Assembly (NCBI GenBank): GCA_965207075.1
Contig: CBDBLO010000002.1
Coordinates: 96,001 to 160,000, forward strand
Direction of reading: 5' to 3'
DNA length: 64,000 nt
Source of the DNA: Nitrosopumilus sp.
Lineage (GTDB): Archaea > Thermoproteota > Nitrososphaeria > Nitrososphaerales > Nitrosopumilaceae
Positions 49,207-57,952 of this stretch are shown here, piece after piece. Positions within the stretch are counted from its first letter, which is position 1; every line of letters begins with the position of its first letter. The notes under the pieces are model-generated. The model was given only the letters and a program-made list of their open reading frames with translations, did not search any database and had not been told where the DNA came from. A program made the position numbers and the translations under genes.

Positions 49207-49371
49207 ATGGAAAAGTTTGATCCGATAAAGATGCAGGAGCTGGTAAAGGTCATCGACCCGGAGGACGGTGGCGGTGGCGGCAGGCTGACACTTGTCTTTC
49301 AGAACGGCAAGACGCTCTACATCAGCATAGCAGGCGACGGCGGGCTCGTGGCAGAGTTTGCAGAGGACTGA
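49207..49371 (+). CDS. 54-aa hypothetical protein, apparent paralog of 49039-49191 (absent from the ORF track)
   Basis: MEKFDPIKMQELVKVIDPEDGGGGGRLTLVFQNGKTLYISIAGDGGLVAEFAED*. Confidence 0.7.
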   Translation: MEKFDPIKMQELVKVIDPEDGGGGGRLTLVFQNGKTLYISIAGDGGLVAEFAED

Positions 49372-49422
49372 GCGGCCGCGCCGGGCGGCAGCCAGATCTG
49401 GCATGATCGCATCAGTGGTTGG

Positions 49423-49956
49423 TCACGGTTGCTCCCCGTCGTCACGCCCGTCGGGGCCTGCATGCTGCCTTGCAAAAAAGGCCACCGCGGTCTCCTGTTC
49501 TGCCGACTGGATGGAGCCCGGCCTCTTCTCCCTGATCTCGCGTATGGCCTGCTCGGCGGTACGCCCCCCGTATTTAATCAGATAACAGGCAAGGACGGTC
49601 CCCGCCCTGCCCAGCCCTGCCGCGCAGTGCACCATTACGGGGCGGCCCTCCCTAATCTGCGCGTCGATAAAGTCGGCCGCGTCGTTCAGGCGCCCATGAT
49701 CCGGGGCCGTAAGGTCCGGGGTTGGAACGTGCAGGTACCTCGCGCCCGAGGACGCTATCCATTGCGGAGGCAGCGGGTCCTCAGTCATTGTAACTATGCA
49801 CTTTATGCCCTGTGAGCCTACCGCCCAGTCAAGCTCGTCCCGGCTTGTGGGCCTGCCCGAGCCTGCAAGCCTGCCGTCGACCACCCATGAAAAGTTGGTC
49901 GGTCTTTTCGTAATGCGTCCGTGGACCTTTCTCCACATGTTTCCCGGCCTGCTCAT
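49423..49956 (-). CDS. dual-specificity / protein tyrosine phosphatase
   Basis: NFSWV, VHCAAGLGRAG (CX5R), RPGSIQ..EQ. Confidence 0.93.
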   Translation of the reverse strand: MSRPGNMWRKVHGRITKRPTNFSWVVDGRLAGSGRPTSRDELDWAVGSQGIKCIVTMTEDPLPPQWIASSGARYLHVPTPDLTAPDHGRLNDAADFIDAQIREGRPVMVHCAAGLGRAGTVLACYLIKYGGRTAEQAIREIREKRPGSIQSAEQETAVAFFARQHAGPDGRDDGEQP

Positions 49957-50050
49957 CGCGCGTACGGCAGGGGACGGCTCATTTTTATCTTGCCGGCCCT
50001 GCTGCTGCTGCTACTGCTGCGGTGCACGCGCCCCGTCCCCCCGCCGCGCA

Positions 50051-50755
50051 TCATCTGCTGAGCGCCAGGGCCCTGACCGGGGAGCCGCTTGCGCCCCTCA
50101 GTTTTAGCGGAAGTATGACAAAGTCAAACTCGCTTGAACGTATCTTCCCAAGGTTTGCCAGGTTCTCCACTATTACGGCCCCGGCCTCTGCCAGTACGCG
50201 GTGGGCCGGGAATCCGGGGTCGCCCCCCACGTCTATGCTGGGCGAGTCTATCCCCACCAGTCCCACCCCCTTTGATGCCAGGTATCTTGCGGCCGACCGG
50301 TCAATTCCGGGGTTTGCCAGAAAATAGTCCTTGGAGCCGAGGTGCCCCTCCTGCCAGCCGGTATAGAATATCACCGGCGTGCCGGGCCGTATTGCGCGGC
50401 CGTCCCTTGACTCCTCAAACTCCCTGATGTCGTCTTTGGTGATGGCGCGGCGGTCGCGGCGCCGGCGCTGCGCGGCGGTCGCGGCGCCGGCAGTCCTGAT
50501 CAGAACGGCCCTCCCGACAAGCCTCTCGGGCTTGATCTGGTCGACCCTGAGCCCGTCCCTTGCAAAGTGGTACGGGGCGTCAAGGTGCGTCCCGGAATGA
50601 GTGCTGGCAAGGAGCAGCTCTAGGTTGTATCCATCCTCGTCAAGGGTGGACCATCCTATGAACTGCGGCCTGGGCGAGCCCGGAAACGTCGGGAGCGTCT
50701 TTGATATGGCGAGGGTAAGGTCAAGCGGCTTCAGTGGCCTCCCCGGTGCCTGCAT
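50051..50755 (-). CDS. cyclase family protein (kynurenine formamidase-like)
   Basis: THSGTHLDAPYH, GIDSPSID, IVENL, PLKL.GASGSPVRA. Confidence 0.92.
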   Translation of the reverse strand: MQAPGRPLKPLDLTLAISKTLPTFPGSPRPQFIGWSTLDEDGYNLELLLASTHSGTHLDAPYHFARDGLRVDQIKPERLVGRAVLIRTAGAATAAQRRRRDRRAITKDDIREFEESRDGRAIRPGTPVIFYTGWQEGHLGSKDYFLANPGIDRSAARYLASKGVGLVGIDSPSIDVGGDPGFPAHRVLAEAGAVIVENLANLGKIRSSEFDFVILPLKLRGASGSPVRALALSR

Positions 50756-50965
50756 GTGGCAATGGCCGCGGCCATGGTAAATATGTCATATGCCGGCCGG
50801 TGCGGCATGCGGTGGGGGGGGGAGGCGGGGTGGCGGCAGGGAGGAGCGCATGAGCCCGTCCTTTCTCTTGCGTCAGCCGGCCGGCCCCCTCGTACACGCT
50901 TGCCGCGCCGACAGCATGCGGGGGCATCCATGAAAGGTTAAATACACTTTGGACGGAGTCCAAGC

Positions 50966-51220
50966 GTGCCGACTGCGTACGTCCTGCTCAATTCTGATCT
51001 GGGATCCGACGAGTCCATAATCGACGAGGTAAAGCAGATACTGGAGTCGGAGAACGCCAAGTTCGAGATACAGGGGGTGTATGGAGTGTACGACATAGTC
51101 CTCAAGCTGACGGCCGACGATCCGGAAGAGCTGCGCGGAATAATAACGGACAGGATCAGGAAGATAGGCAAGGTCCAGTCCACCCTGACCATGATGGTAA
51201 TAGAGGGGCAGGGACAGTAG
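50966..51220 (+). CDS. Lrp/AsnC ligand-binding domain protein
   Basis: AYVLLN, VYGVYDIVLK, IRKI..V.STLTM. Confidence 0.9.
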   Translation: MPTAYVLLNSDLGSDESIIDEVKQILESENAKFEIQGVYGVYDIVLKLTADDPEELRGIITDRIRKIGKVQSTLTMMVIEGQGQ

Positions 51221-51233
51221 CAGCATGCAGGGC

Positions 51234-52535
51234 CTACAGCCTCTTTAGCGCATCGAGCAGCGCGTGCATATCGCCCTCGGTATTGAAAAAATGGGGCGAC
51301 GCCCGCACGTGCTCGAGGCTTCCCTGTGAGCGGACGGCGAGTATTATCCCCCGCCGCGCCAGTCTCTCAACCACCTGTCCCGGGCTCGTGCCGCCGATGT
51401 TAAATGATATGATGCTGGTGCGCCTTGCGGGATCGTCTGGCACATACACGGCGACGCCGGGCATCCGGCTTAGCTCGTCATACAGCAGGCCCGCTAGGTT
51501 CCGGTTTATCGCGCGTATGCGGCCGAGGCCGACACCCGTCACATACTCCAGGGAGGCCTCCAGCCCGGCCACCCCGGCATAGTTTCTAAAGCCGGCCTGG
51601 AACCTGTCTGGCGCGTCCTTGAGGGCAAGGCGCCGGGGCGCCGTGTCATTGCTGCTGCCGCTGTCGTTGCTGTTGCTGCTGCCGCTGCTGTCGCGGCCAT
51701 TGCCGCCTTCACCACTGCTGCAGCAAGCATCATGACCATCCAGTGTGGCAGACTCCCCCCCTATCATTATGGGATCCAAGGTGCGGCCTGCCTCCCGGCT
51801 GCAGTAAAACAGTCCGGTGCCCATGGGGCCGCACAGCCATTTTGAGCCGTTAAACGACATATAGTCGCAGCCTATGCGGGAGACGTCGCAGTCTGCAGGG
51901 TCTATGCAGCCGACGGTCTGCGCCGCGTCAAGAAAGAATCTGCAGCCGTCCGCGCGCTCCCTTATGACGCCGCCCGCCTCCTCTACCGGCAGGATGGCGC
52001 CTGTGTTGTACAGGGCGTGGCTCAAGACGACCAGTCCGGCGTGCCCGTCAAGAAGGGACGCGAGCTGGCCCATCTCAAAGAGCCCGTCTCGGTCTATCCC
52101 GAGGCTCCTGATTCGGACGCCTCTCTCGGCCAGCCGGAGCCACGGATACAGGTTGGCATGGTGTTCGTGCTCCATGCCCCGAATTATCACCCCGGCCGCG
52201 TCGGCGCCTAGTCCGAGCCCGCTGGCCACCATGTTTACCCCGTCCGTGGTACTCTGGGTCAGCACGACCTCGTCCGGGCTGCACGAGATTATCTTTGAAA
52301 TCATGCTCCTGACGTTTTGGATCTTTTTTGTTACGAGCTCTTTGGATACGGCAGAGTCCGGTCCCGCCGAATTGTACTCTATCAGAAAGTCCCTCATGGC
52401 GTCTATGCTCGGCTCTGGCATCACGGAGACGGACGCGCTGTTCAGGTAGATTCTGTCTCCCGTGTATGCAAAGTCGTCTGCAAAATCACTCTTGGCCCCT
52501 CCGGCGGGGCGGGCAGTGGAATCATCCAAGCTCAT
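51234..52535 (-). CDS. class V PLP enzyme (cysteine desulfurase / lyase-like)
   Basis: IYLNSAS, STTDG, EHHAN, LDAAQTVG, NGSKWLCGP.GTG, RASPHFFN. Confidence 0.88.
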   Translation of the reverse strand: MSLDDSTARPAGGAKSDFADDFAYTGDRIYLNSASVSVMPEPSIDAMRDFLIEYNSAGPDSAVSKELVTKKIQNVRSMISKIISCSPDEVVLTQSTTDGVNMVASGLGLGADAAGVIIRGMEHEHHANLYPWLRLAERGVRIRSLGIDRDGLFEMGQLASLLDGHAGLVVLSHALYNTGAILPVEEAGGVIRERADGCRFFLDAAQTVGCIDPADCDVSRIGCDYMSFNGSKWLCGPMGTGLFYCSREAGRTLDPIMIGGESATLDGHDACCSSGEGGNGRDSSGSSNSNDSGSSNDTAPRRLALKDAPDRFQAGFRNYAGVAGLEASLEYVTGVGLGRIRAINRNLAGLLYDELSRMPGVAVYVPDDPARRTSIISFNIGGTSPGQVVERLARRGIILAVRSQGSLEHVRASPHFFNTEGDMHALLDALKRL

Positions 52536-52564
52536 TATTATGTCTCAAGCAGCTACCACACGTG

Positions 52565-53263
52565 ATGGATAAAAACCATGGCGGGGCGGGCGGAAAGGGG
52601 TCCGGGCAGGAGGGACAGCCGCCGCCGTCCGCGCCCTCGCATGCAGAACTGCTCGCGCGAAGACTGACAGGCCGGGAGGGACCCCCGCTGAGCGTCATAC
52701 TCTGCACCGGCGCGGCCGCAAAGACGCGGTTTCTGCGCGCGGCGGCCGGCGCGGCGGCCGGATCCGTGCTGTACATGGACACGGATCTGCTGTACGCGGG
52801 GTGCGCAAGGGCGGGCCTCGAAAGGATCCGCGACCGCACGACCCTAGTCTGCCCCGACCAGGACACGTGGCACCGCGATCTTGCATCTGCCATATCCGCG
52901 TCGTCCGCCGGCAGGATGACCGTCATAATAGACTCGCTGAACGGGATCTACGAGATGTACGGTGGGGCTGACTCGGCCATGACTGCAAACACGCACATAA
53001 TGGCCCTCGCGTCGCTTGCAGGGCAGGCCGGCTCGGCCGTCATAGTAGGGGTGCGGGTAAGGAGAAGGATGAGTATGAAGGCGAACGGGTTCGGCGGCGG
53101 CGGCGGCAGAGAGGCGGCGTATGCCGCCCAGCCCACGGCGGCGACTGCCGGGGAATGGGTGCTGCACCCCGGGGGAAGGCAGGTTCCGCGCATGGCGGCC
53201 GACAGCACTTACCTGCTGCCGCCCGAAGGCACGGACGCGCCGCCTGGCAAGGTAGAGGTGTAG
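52565..53263 (+). CDS. hypothetical protein, degenerate RecA-like fold
   Basis: AAAKT, VLYMDTD, VIIDSLNG; Walker A motif degenerate. Confidence 0.55.
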   Translation: MDKNHGGAGGKGSGQEGQPPPSAPSHAELLARRLTGREGPPLSVILCTGAAAKTRFLRAAAGAAAGSVLYMDTDLLYAGCARAGLERIRDRTTLVCPDQDTWHRDLASAISASSAGRMTVIIDSLNGIYEMYGGADSAMTANTHIMALASLAGQAGSAVIVGVRVRRRMSMKANGFGGGGGREAAYAAQPTAATAGEWVLHPGGRQVPRMAADSTYLLPPEGTDAPPGKVEV

Positions 53264-53375
53264 CCGCAACGGCATGCGATCGTTTTCATAACGGTGTTAT
53301 AAAACGGCAAACGCCGTTATAGGTCATGGTTTTACGGCAAGCCTTATTAACAATGAATGGAGATTCTGAATCACA

Positions 53376-53675
53376 ATGCCAGTAGGAATTATTCCTGACA
53401 TCAGCGAACAGATGTGCATAGGCTGTGCACTATGTGTGGAGATCTGTACAACTCTGGGACCTGATGTGCTAAGAGTAAAACCAGTCGAGGGCTGGAAGAG
53501 AGGCAAGGCGTTTGTCTTTTATCCGGAGAGATGCATCTCTGACGGCGCATGCATTGGCGTGTGCCCGACGAAGGCAATCTTTTGGATGAGGCCGATGGAC
53601 TTTACCGTCGGACAACCCGTGCCGCTCTACAAGAACTCAGTCTTTGTAAAGGGCTGGACTGAACTGATTGACTAA
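53376..53675 (+). CDS. 2x[4Fe-4S]-type ferredoxin
   Basis: CIGCALCVEIC and CISDGACIGVCP (second cluster motif has Asp in place of Cys). Confidence 0.93.
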   Translation: MPVGIIPDISEQMCIGCALCVEICTTLGPDVLRVKPVEGWKRGKAFVFYPERCISDGACIGVCPTKAIFWMRPMDFTVGQPVPLYKNSVFVKGWTELID

Positions 53676-53689
53676 GTCGGTTCCAAACC

Positions 53690-53707
53690 TTTTTTTATTT
53701 TATTTTT
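53690..53707 (+). terminator. oligo-T archaeal terminator after the ferredoxin gene
   Basis: TTTTTTTATTTTATTTTT about 15 nt after the stop codon. Confidence 0.7.
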
Positions 53708-53737
53708 GGGCGGGTCTGCCGCGCCTGGGCGTAGTGG

Positions 53738-54940
53738 TCACGGCGGCGGCTGTTGCCGCTGCCCGAATCCGAACCTTGCGGCCCAGCCCCCTCCCGACGG
53801 CTTCTCTTCCTTCTTGTCCTTCCTCTTTGACGGCTTCTGGCCCACCGATATGCTCTCAAGCATCTCGTATGTTATGGTAAACCCGCCCCCCACCATGGTC
53901 GCGTCCTTTGCATACGATTCCTTGTCCCGGACAAGCTCGTCGGGAAGCGTCCTTATGCGCTTGGTCTTGAGGTTGAAGAGGCGTATGGCCTTGCCCGAAC
54001 CCTCCAGTTTTATCACGGCGTCGCCGCTCAGCCCCTGTATCGAGAACTGCTCAAAGAACCGGATGGTGCCGCCCCGCTTCAGTATGATTGCCGAATCGTA
54101 CGTAAGCTTGCCGCCGTAAAACAGCAGCTCGCGGGCAGATATCACCACGTCGTCCTCCACGTTGAGCACCATCACGGTGTCGGCCTCCAGCGAGACCGTA
54201 TTGACCACGTTCTCGGCGATTATCCTGCCCCGGGGGGCCGAGATCCTGGTGCGGTACTCTTGCATGTGGAACACGCCGACCCTGCCCTCCTGGTCGTCCA
54301 CCCTGTACTTGCGGCCGAACACGTTTCCGACGATGGCGCTGCCGTCCTCCACCGTAATGGAGGCCCCGTTCTCTATCCTGTACTTGTTCTCAAGCGGGTT
54401 TACCAGCTTGAAGTCGCCCCGGGTGAGCCGTATCCGGGTGCGGTACTCCTCGGCCCACGACGGGCTTGTAACGTTGCCGCTCATCGTAATGGGGCCGTCA
54501 TACGTCAGGCTGCCGGCCATAAAGTTGCCCTTTATCGAGAGGGCTCCGTTTGCCTTGCGCTCAAGCTCGATCTCCCCCAGCGTCTTTGAGCCGAACAGCT
54601 TTGACGCGGTCATGTTGGCGCGGTTCAGGGCGGCCGCCCACTCCTCGGCGGCCATCATCTCCTTGTGTATCTGCTGGCCCAGTATCTGGTTGCGCCTCTT
54701 CACGTCGGCGTCCGTGTCCCCCGCAAACACCCTCGAGTTTCTCAGGCGCTCGTCGTCCGTGTCCGGATACTTTTTGCCCGCCTTCAGGTCCTCGTACGCC
54801 TGCTTGATGCGGATGAACTGCTTGCTCTCGCCCCCGCGATCAGAATGCAGCCGGAGCGCAAGCTGCCTGAACGCGTCCCGGACCTCCCTATCCGTGGAGT
54901 CCTCGGGCACCCCCAGAATGTCATAGTTTGATTCGACCAT
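53738..54940 (-). CDS. J-domain (DnaJ-like) protein with beta-rich C-terminal domain
   Basis: NYDILGV, AFRQLALRLHSDRGG, F.RIKQAYE.L. Confidence 0.85.
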   Translation of the reverse strand: MVESNYDILGVPEDSTDREVRDAFRQLALRLHSDRGGESKQFIRIKQAYEDLKAGKKYPDTDDERLRNSRVFAGDTDADVKRRNQILGQQIHKEMMAAEEWAAALNRANMTASKLFGSKTLGEIELERKANGALSIKGNFMAGSLTYDGPITMSGNVTSPSWAEEYRTRIRLTRGDFKLVNPLENKYRIENGASITVEDGSAIVGNVFGRKYRVDDQEGRVGVFHMQEYRTRISAPRGRIIAENVVNTVSLEADTVMVLNVEDDVVISARELLFYGGKLTYDSAIILKRGGTIRFFEQFSIQGLSGDAVIKLEGSGKAIRLFNLKTKRIRTLPDELVRDKESYAKDATMVGGGFTITYEMLESISVGQKPSKRKDKKEEKPSGGGWAARFGFGQRQQPPP

Positions 54941-55024
54941 CCCAGACCTGCAGTGGGTCAGTCGGGTTTCATATTTGTGGTTTGATGCGCCGCAGTGCGG
55001 TGACGGTGGCGGCGGGAAGAGCGG

Positions 55025-56512
55025 CTAGGCGTCCGCATACATGGAGATCTCCCACGCGGTGGGGGTCTGTGCAAACGACGAGTACTCGCTGTACTTTAGG
55101 TCTGCGTACACCTCCAGAAAGTCCCTTGTAAACACGTCTACGAGGAACTCCCTGTCGCTTGCAAGCGAGTCGAGGGCGCCCTTCAGCGACGCGGGCAGCG
55201 AGCTGATGTTGTACTCGCGCTTCTTCTCGGGGGTGAGCCTGTATACGTTCTCCTCGACGGGGTCGCCCGGATCAAGCTTTCTCCGGATGCCGTCAAGCCC
55301 GGCCAGCAGCAGAGCCGCCTCCAGCAGGTAGATGTTGGCAGTCGGGTCCGGCACGCGGTACTCGATCCTCTTGCTCTTCTCCTGGTGCCGGGTGTACATG
55401 GGCACCCTCACGGCCGCGGAGCGGTTTCCCAGGCCCCAGCAGACGTTTACCGGCGCCTCAAAGCCCGGAACGAGCCGCTTGTACGAGTTCGTGGTGGGGT
55501 TTGTTATGGCGCAGAGCGCCTCTGCGTGATCCAGTATGCCCCCCACGTAGTACCTGCCGGCCTGGCTGATCTGTGCCACCAGGTCGTTCTCGTCGTACAT
55601 CTCGTTTGTCTGGCCGTTCCACAGGCTCTGGTGCGTGTGCATGGCCGACGCGTTGTCGCCGAATATCGGCTTTGGCATGAACGTCGCCACCCTGTTCTTG
55701 CGCTTTGCCTTTACCTTTACGAGGTTCTTCACCGTGACCACGTTGTCGGCCATCGGTATCATGCGCCCGTACCGGAGGTTGACCTCGCACTGGCCGGACG
55801 TCGCAACCTCGTGGTGCTCGGCCTCGACCTCTATGCCAAAGTGGCGGTACAGGTCCACGCAGACGTCCTTGCGGAACCCGTCAAGCGTGTCCTTTGGCTG
55901 CGAGGGATAGTACCCCTCGCGCACCTCGATGGCGGTGCTGACGTTTCCCTTGGACCAGGGCGACTCCTTGGACTCGATCGAGTACCCGGAGCCCGCGCCG
56001 GAGTGGGTCGCCGCGTACGGCGAGGGATACACGCTTATCGCGTCGAATATGAAGAACTCTATCTCTGGCCCCCAGCTCGTGTGCGTGAACCCGAGCTCGG
56101 ACAGCTTGCCCGCCGCCTTTTCGGCTATTCCGCGCGAGTCCCGGTTGTACCTGGCGTCCGGATGCGTGCTCCCGTCGTACAGGTCGCATATTATCCGCGC
56201 GTTCTTGCGGCCGTGGCCGCCGCCGCTGCCTGCGCCCATGTCATAGTCGTCGGGAAGTATGCGGAACGTGGACGGGTCGGGCAGCATCACCATGTCGGAC
56301 TTGTTGACCGTCTTGAACCCCACAATGGAGCTTCCGTCCAGCTTTTCAAGCCCGTTTACAAAGTTGTCCTCGTCTATCGCATAGGTGGGCATCCCCACAT
56401 TGTGCAGCTCGCCGAAGACGTCCACAAACCAAAAGTCGATAAAGGAGATGCCCTCGCTCTCGACGACATCAAGAACCCTGCCTGCCGTCATCTCCTCGCT
56501 TCCCGTGCTCAT
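55025..56512 (-). CDS. glnA: glutamine synthetase type I
   Basis: LDGSSI.GF, GPEIEFF, HHEVA..GQCE, TFMPKP, NSYKRLVPGFEAP, NRSAAVRVP, IEYRVPDP. Confidence 0.97.
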   Translation of the reverse strand: MSTGSEEMTAGRVLDVVESEGISFIDFWFVDVFGELHNVGMPTYAIDEDNFVNGLEKLDGSSIVGFKTVNKSDMVMLPDPSTFRILPDDYDMGAGSGGGHGRKNARIICDLYDGSTHPDARYNRDSRGIAEKAAGKLSELGFTHTSWGPEIEFFIFDAISVYPSPYAATHSGAGSGYSIESKESPWSKGNVSTAIEVREGYYPSQPKDTLDGFRKDVCVDLYRHFGIEVEAEHHEVATSGQCEVNLRYGRMIPMADNVVTVKNLVKVKAKRKNRVATFMPKPIFGDNASAMHTHQSLWNGQTNEMYDENDLVAQISQAGRYYVGGILDHAEALCAITNPTTNSYKRLVPGFEAPVNVCWGLGNRSAAVRVPMYTRHQEKSKRIEYRVPDPTANIYLLEAALLLAGLDGIRRKLDPGDPVEENVYRLTPEKKREYNISSLPASLKGALDSLASDREFLVDVFTRDFLEVYADLKYSEYSSFAQTPTAWEISMYADA

Positions 56513-56732
56513 GACATACCGTTGCAGAGGTATTATTTAATGGCAAGCGTGCCGCGGCCAACCCAGGGGTTCGGCCTCCCCGCCGCCACCCTCGGGGGGG
56601 GAGGATTCAAGCCGGTCTGAATGAAACGCACGAGTTCGCGTCGGGCGTAAAAGGCAGCCGCGGCGTGGAACTTGTGCCTGATTGCAGGAGCTTCCGTACT
56701 GCACGGCCCCGCGGCGTGGCGTATCCAGATCG

Positions 56733-57908
56733 TCAGCCCTCGTCGCTAAGTATCGGCCCCATATGCCCAGATACAAGCGCGTGGTCGGCTATTACAAGCG
56801 AGACCAGCGCGTCGACTATGGGCGGGGCCCGCGGAACCGCGCACGGGTCGAACCGCCCCTTTATGGTCAGCGGGGCTTCGCTCATCGTGTCTACGTTAAC
56901 GGCAGGTTGTTCCTTCAACAGGGAGGGAACCGGCTTGAAGGCGACCCTCATCGTGATGGGCATGCCGTTTGATATCCCTCCCAGAATGCCGCCGGCGTTG
57001 TTTGTGCGCGTGATTATGCGCGGGCTGCCACCGCTGCCGTCATGGCCGTCTACGACCGCGTACGTGTCGTTGTTCTCTGAGCCGTAAAGCTTCGAGCCGG
57101 CAAAGCCGGAGCCAAACTCCACGCCCTTGACGGACGGAATCGAGAACATGGCCGAGCTTATGTCGGACTCGAGTGAGCCGAAGATAGGTTCGCCCAGTCC
57201 GACCGGCACCCCGGTCGTCACGGATTGTATGACCCCCCCGATCGAGTCGGCCCTCCTCTTTGTCTCCAATAGGGTTTCCCTCATGGCGGCGGCGGTGGTG
57301 GGATCGGGGCATCTTACGTCGTTGCCGTATATCGTGGCGTCGTCATATGTGACGGCGGACCCGCTACCACCGCGTGGCGCAGCTGCGGGCGTCTCCGCCG
57401 TGGCCGCCGGCATGGCAGTCGTGCCTATCGATTGAACGTACGAGCAGGTCTCGACACCAAGCGAGATCCTGAGAAGCTTTCGTGCAATTGCCCCCGCCAT
57501 CACATACGTGGCGGTGATCCTGCCAGAGAACCTGCCGCTGCCCCGGATATCGTTGAAGCGGCCGTACTTTACCATGGCCGTATAATCGGCGTGTCCGGGC
57601 CTGAGGTATGCCCTGAGAAGCTCATAGTGGGTCGAGGGCGTGTCCTGGTTCGCCATGAGCATTGCAATGGGCGCGCCGGTCGTGCGCCCGCGATACGTGC
57701 CAGAAATAATCTTGACGACGTCACCCTCCTTGCGCTGGGTATAGAGGATGCTCTGCCCGGGCCTGCGTCGGTCAAGCATGGGCTGGATGTCGGCCTCTGA
57801 GAGTTCTAGGCCTGCAGGGCAGCCGTCAAGCATGGCGCCGATCTGTTGCCCGTTGGCCTCGCCAAAGCTTGATAGCACGAGCCTCTGGCCCATGCTATTT
57901 CTGGACAT
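56733..57908 (-). CDS. aroC: chorismate synthase
   Basis: RRRPGQS, RPGHAD, GSGRFSGR, IPSVKGVEFGSG, NNAGGILGGISNG, FKPVPS, GRFDPC. Confidence 0.95.
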   Translation of the reverse strand: MSRNSMGQRLVLSSFGEANGQQIGAMLDGCPAGLELSEADIQPMLDRRRPGQSILYTQRKEGDVVKIISGTYRGRTTGAPIAMLMANQDTPSTHYELLRAYLRPGHADYTAMVKYGRFNDIRGSGRFSGRITATYVMAGAIARKLLRISLGVETCSYVQSIGTTAMPAATAETPAAAPRGGSGSAVTYDDATIYGNDVRCPDPTTAAAMRETLLETKRRADSIGGVIQSVTTGVPVGLGEPIFGSLESDISSAMFSIPSVKGVEFGSGFAGSKLYGSENNDTYAVVDGHDGSGGSPRIITRTNNAGGILGGISNGMPITMRVAFKPVPSLLKEQPAVNVDTMSEAPLTIKGRFDPCAVPRAPPIVDALVSLVIADHALVSGHMGPILSDEG

Positions 57909-57930
57909 GCCGTCGCTTTGATGAGTGTAC

Positions 57931-57944
57931 TATAAAAGATTATA
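57931..57944 (-). promoter_or_regulatory. TATA/BRE region of aroC
   Basis: Minus strand CTTTTATA 23-30 nt upstream of the ATG at 57908. Confidence 0.65.
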
Positions 57945-57952
57945 TCGCGCCG

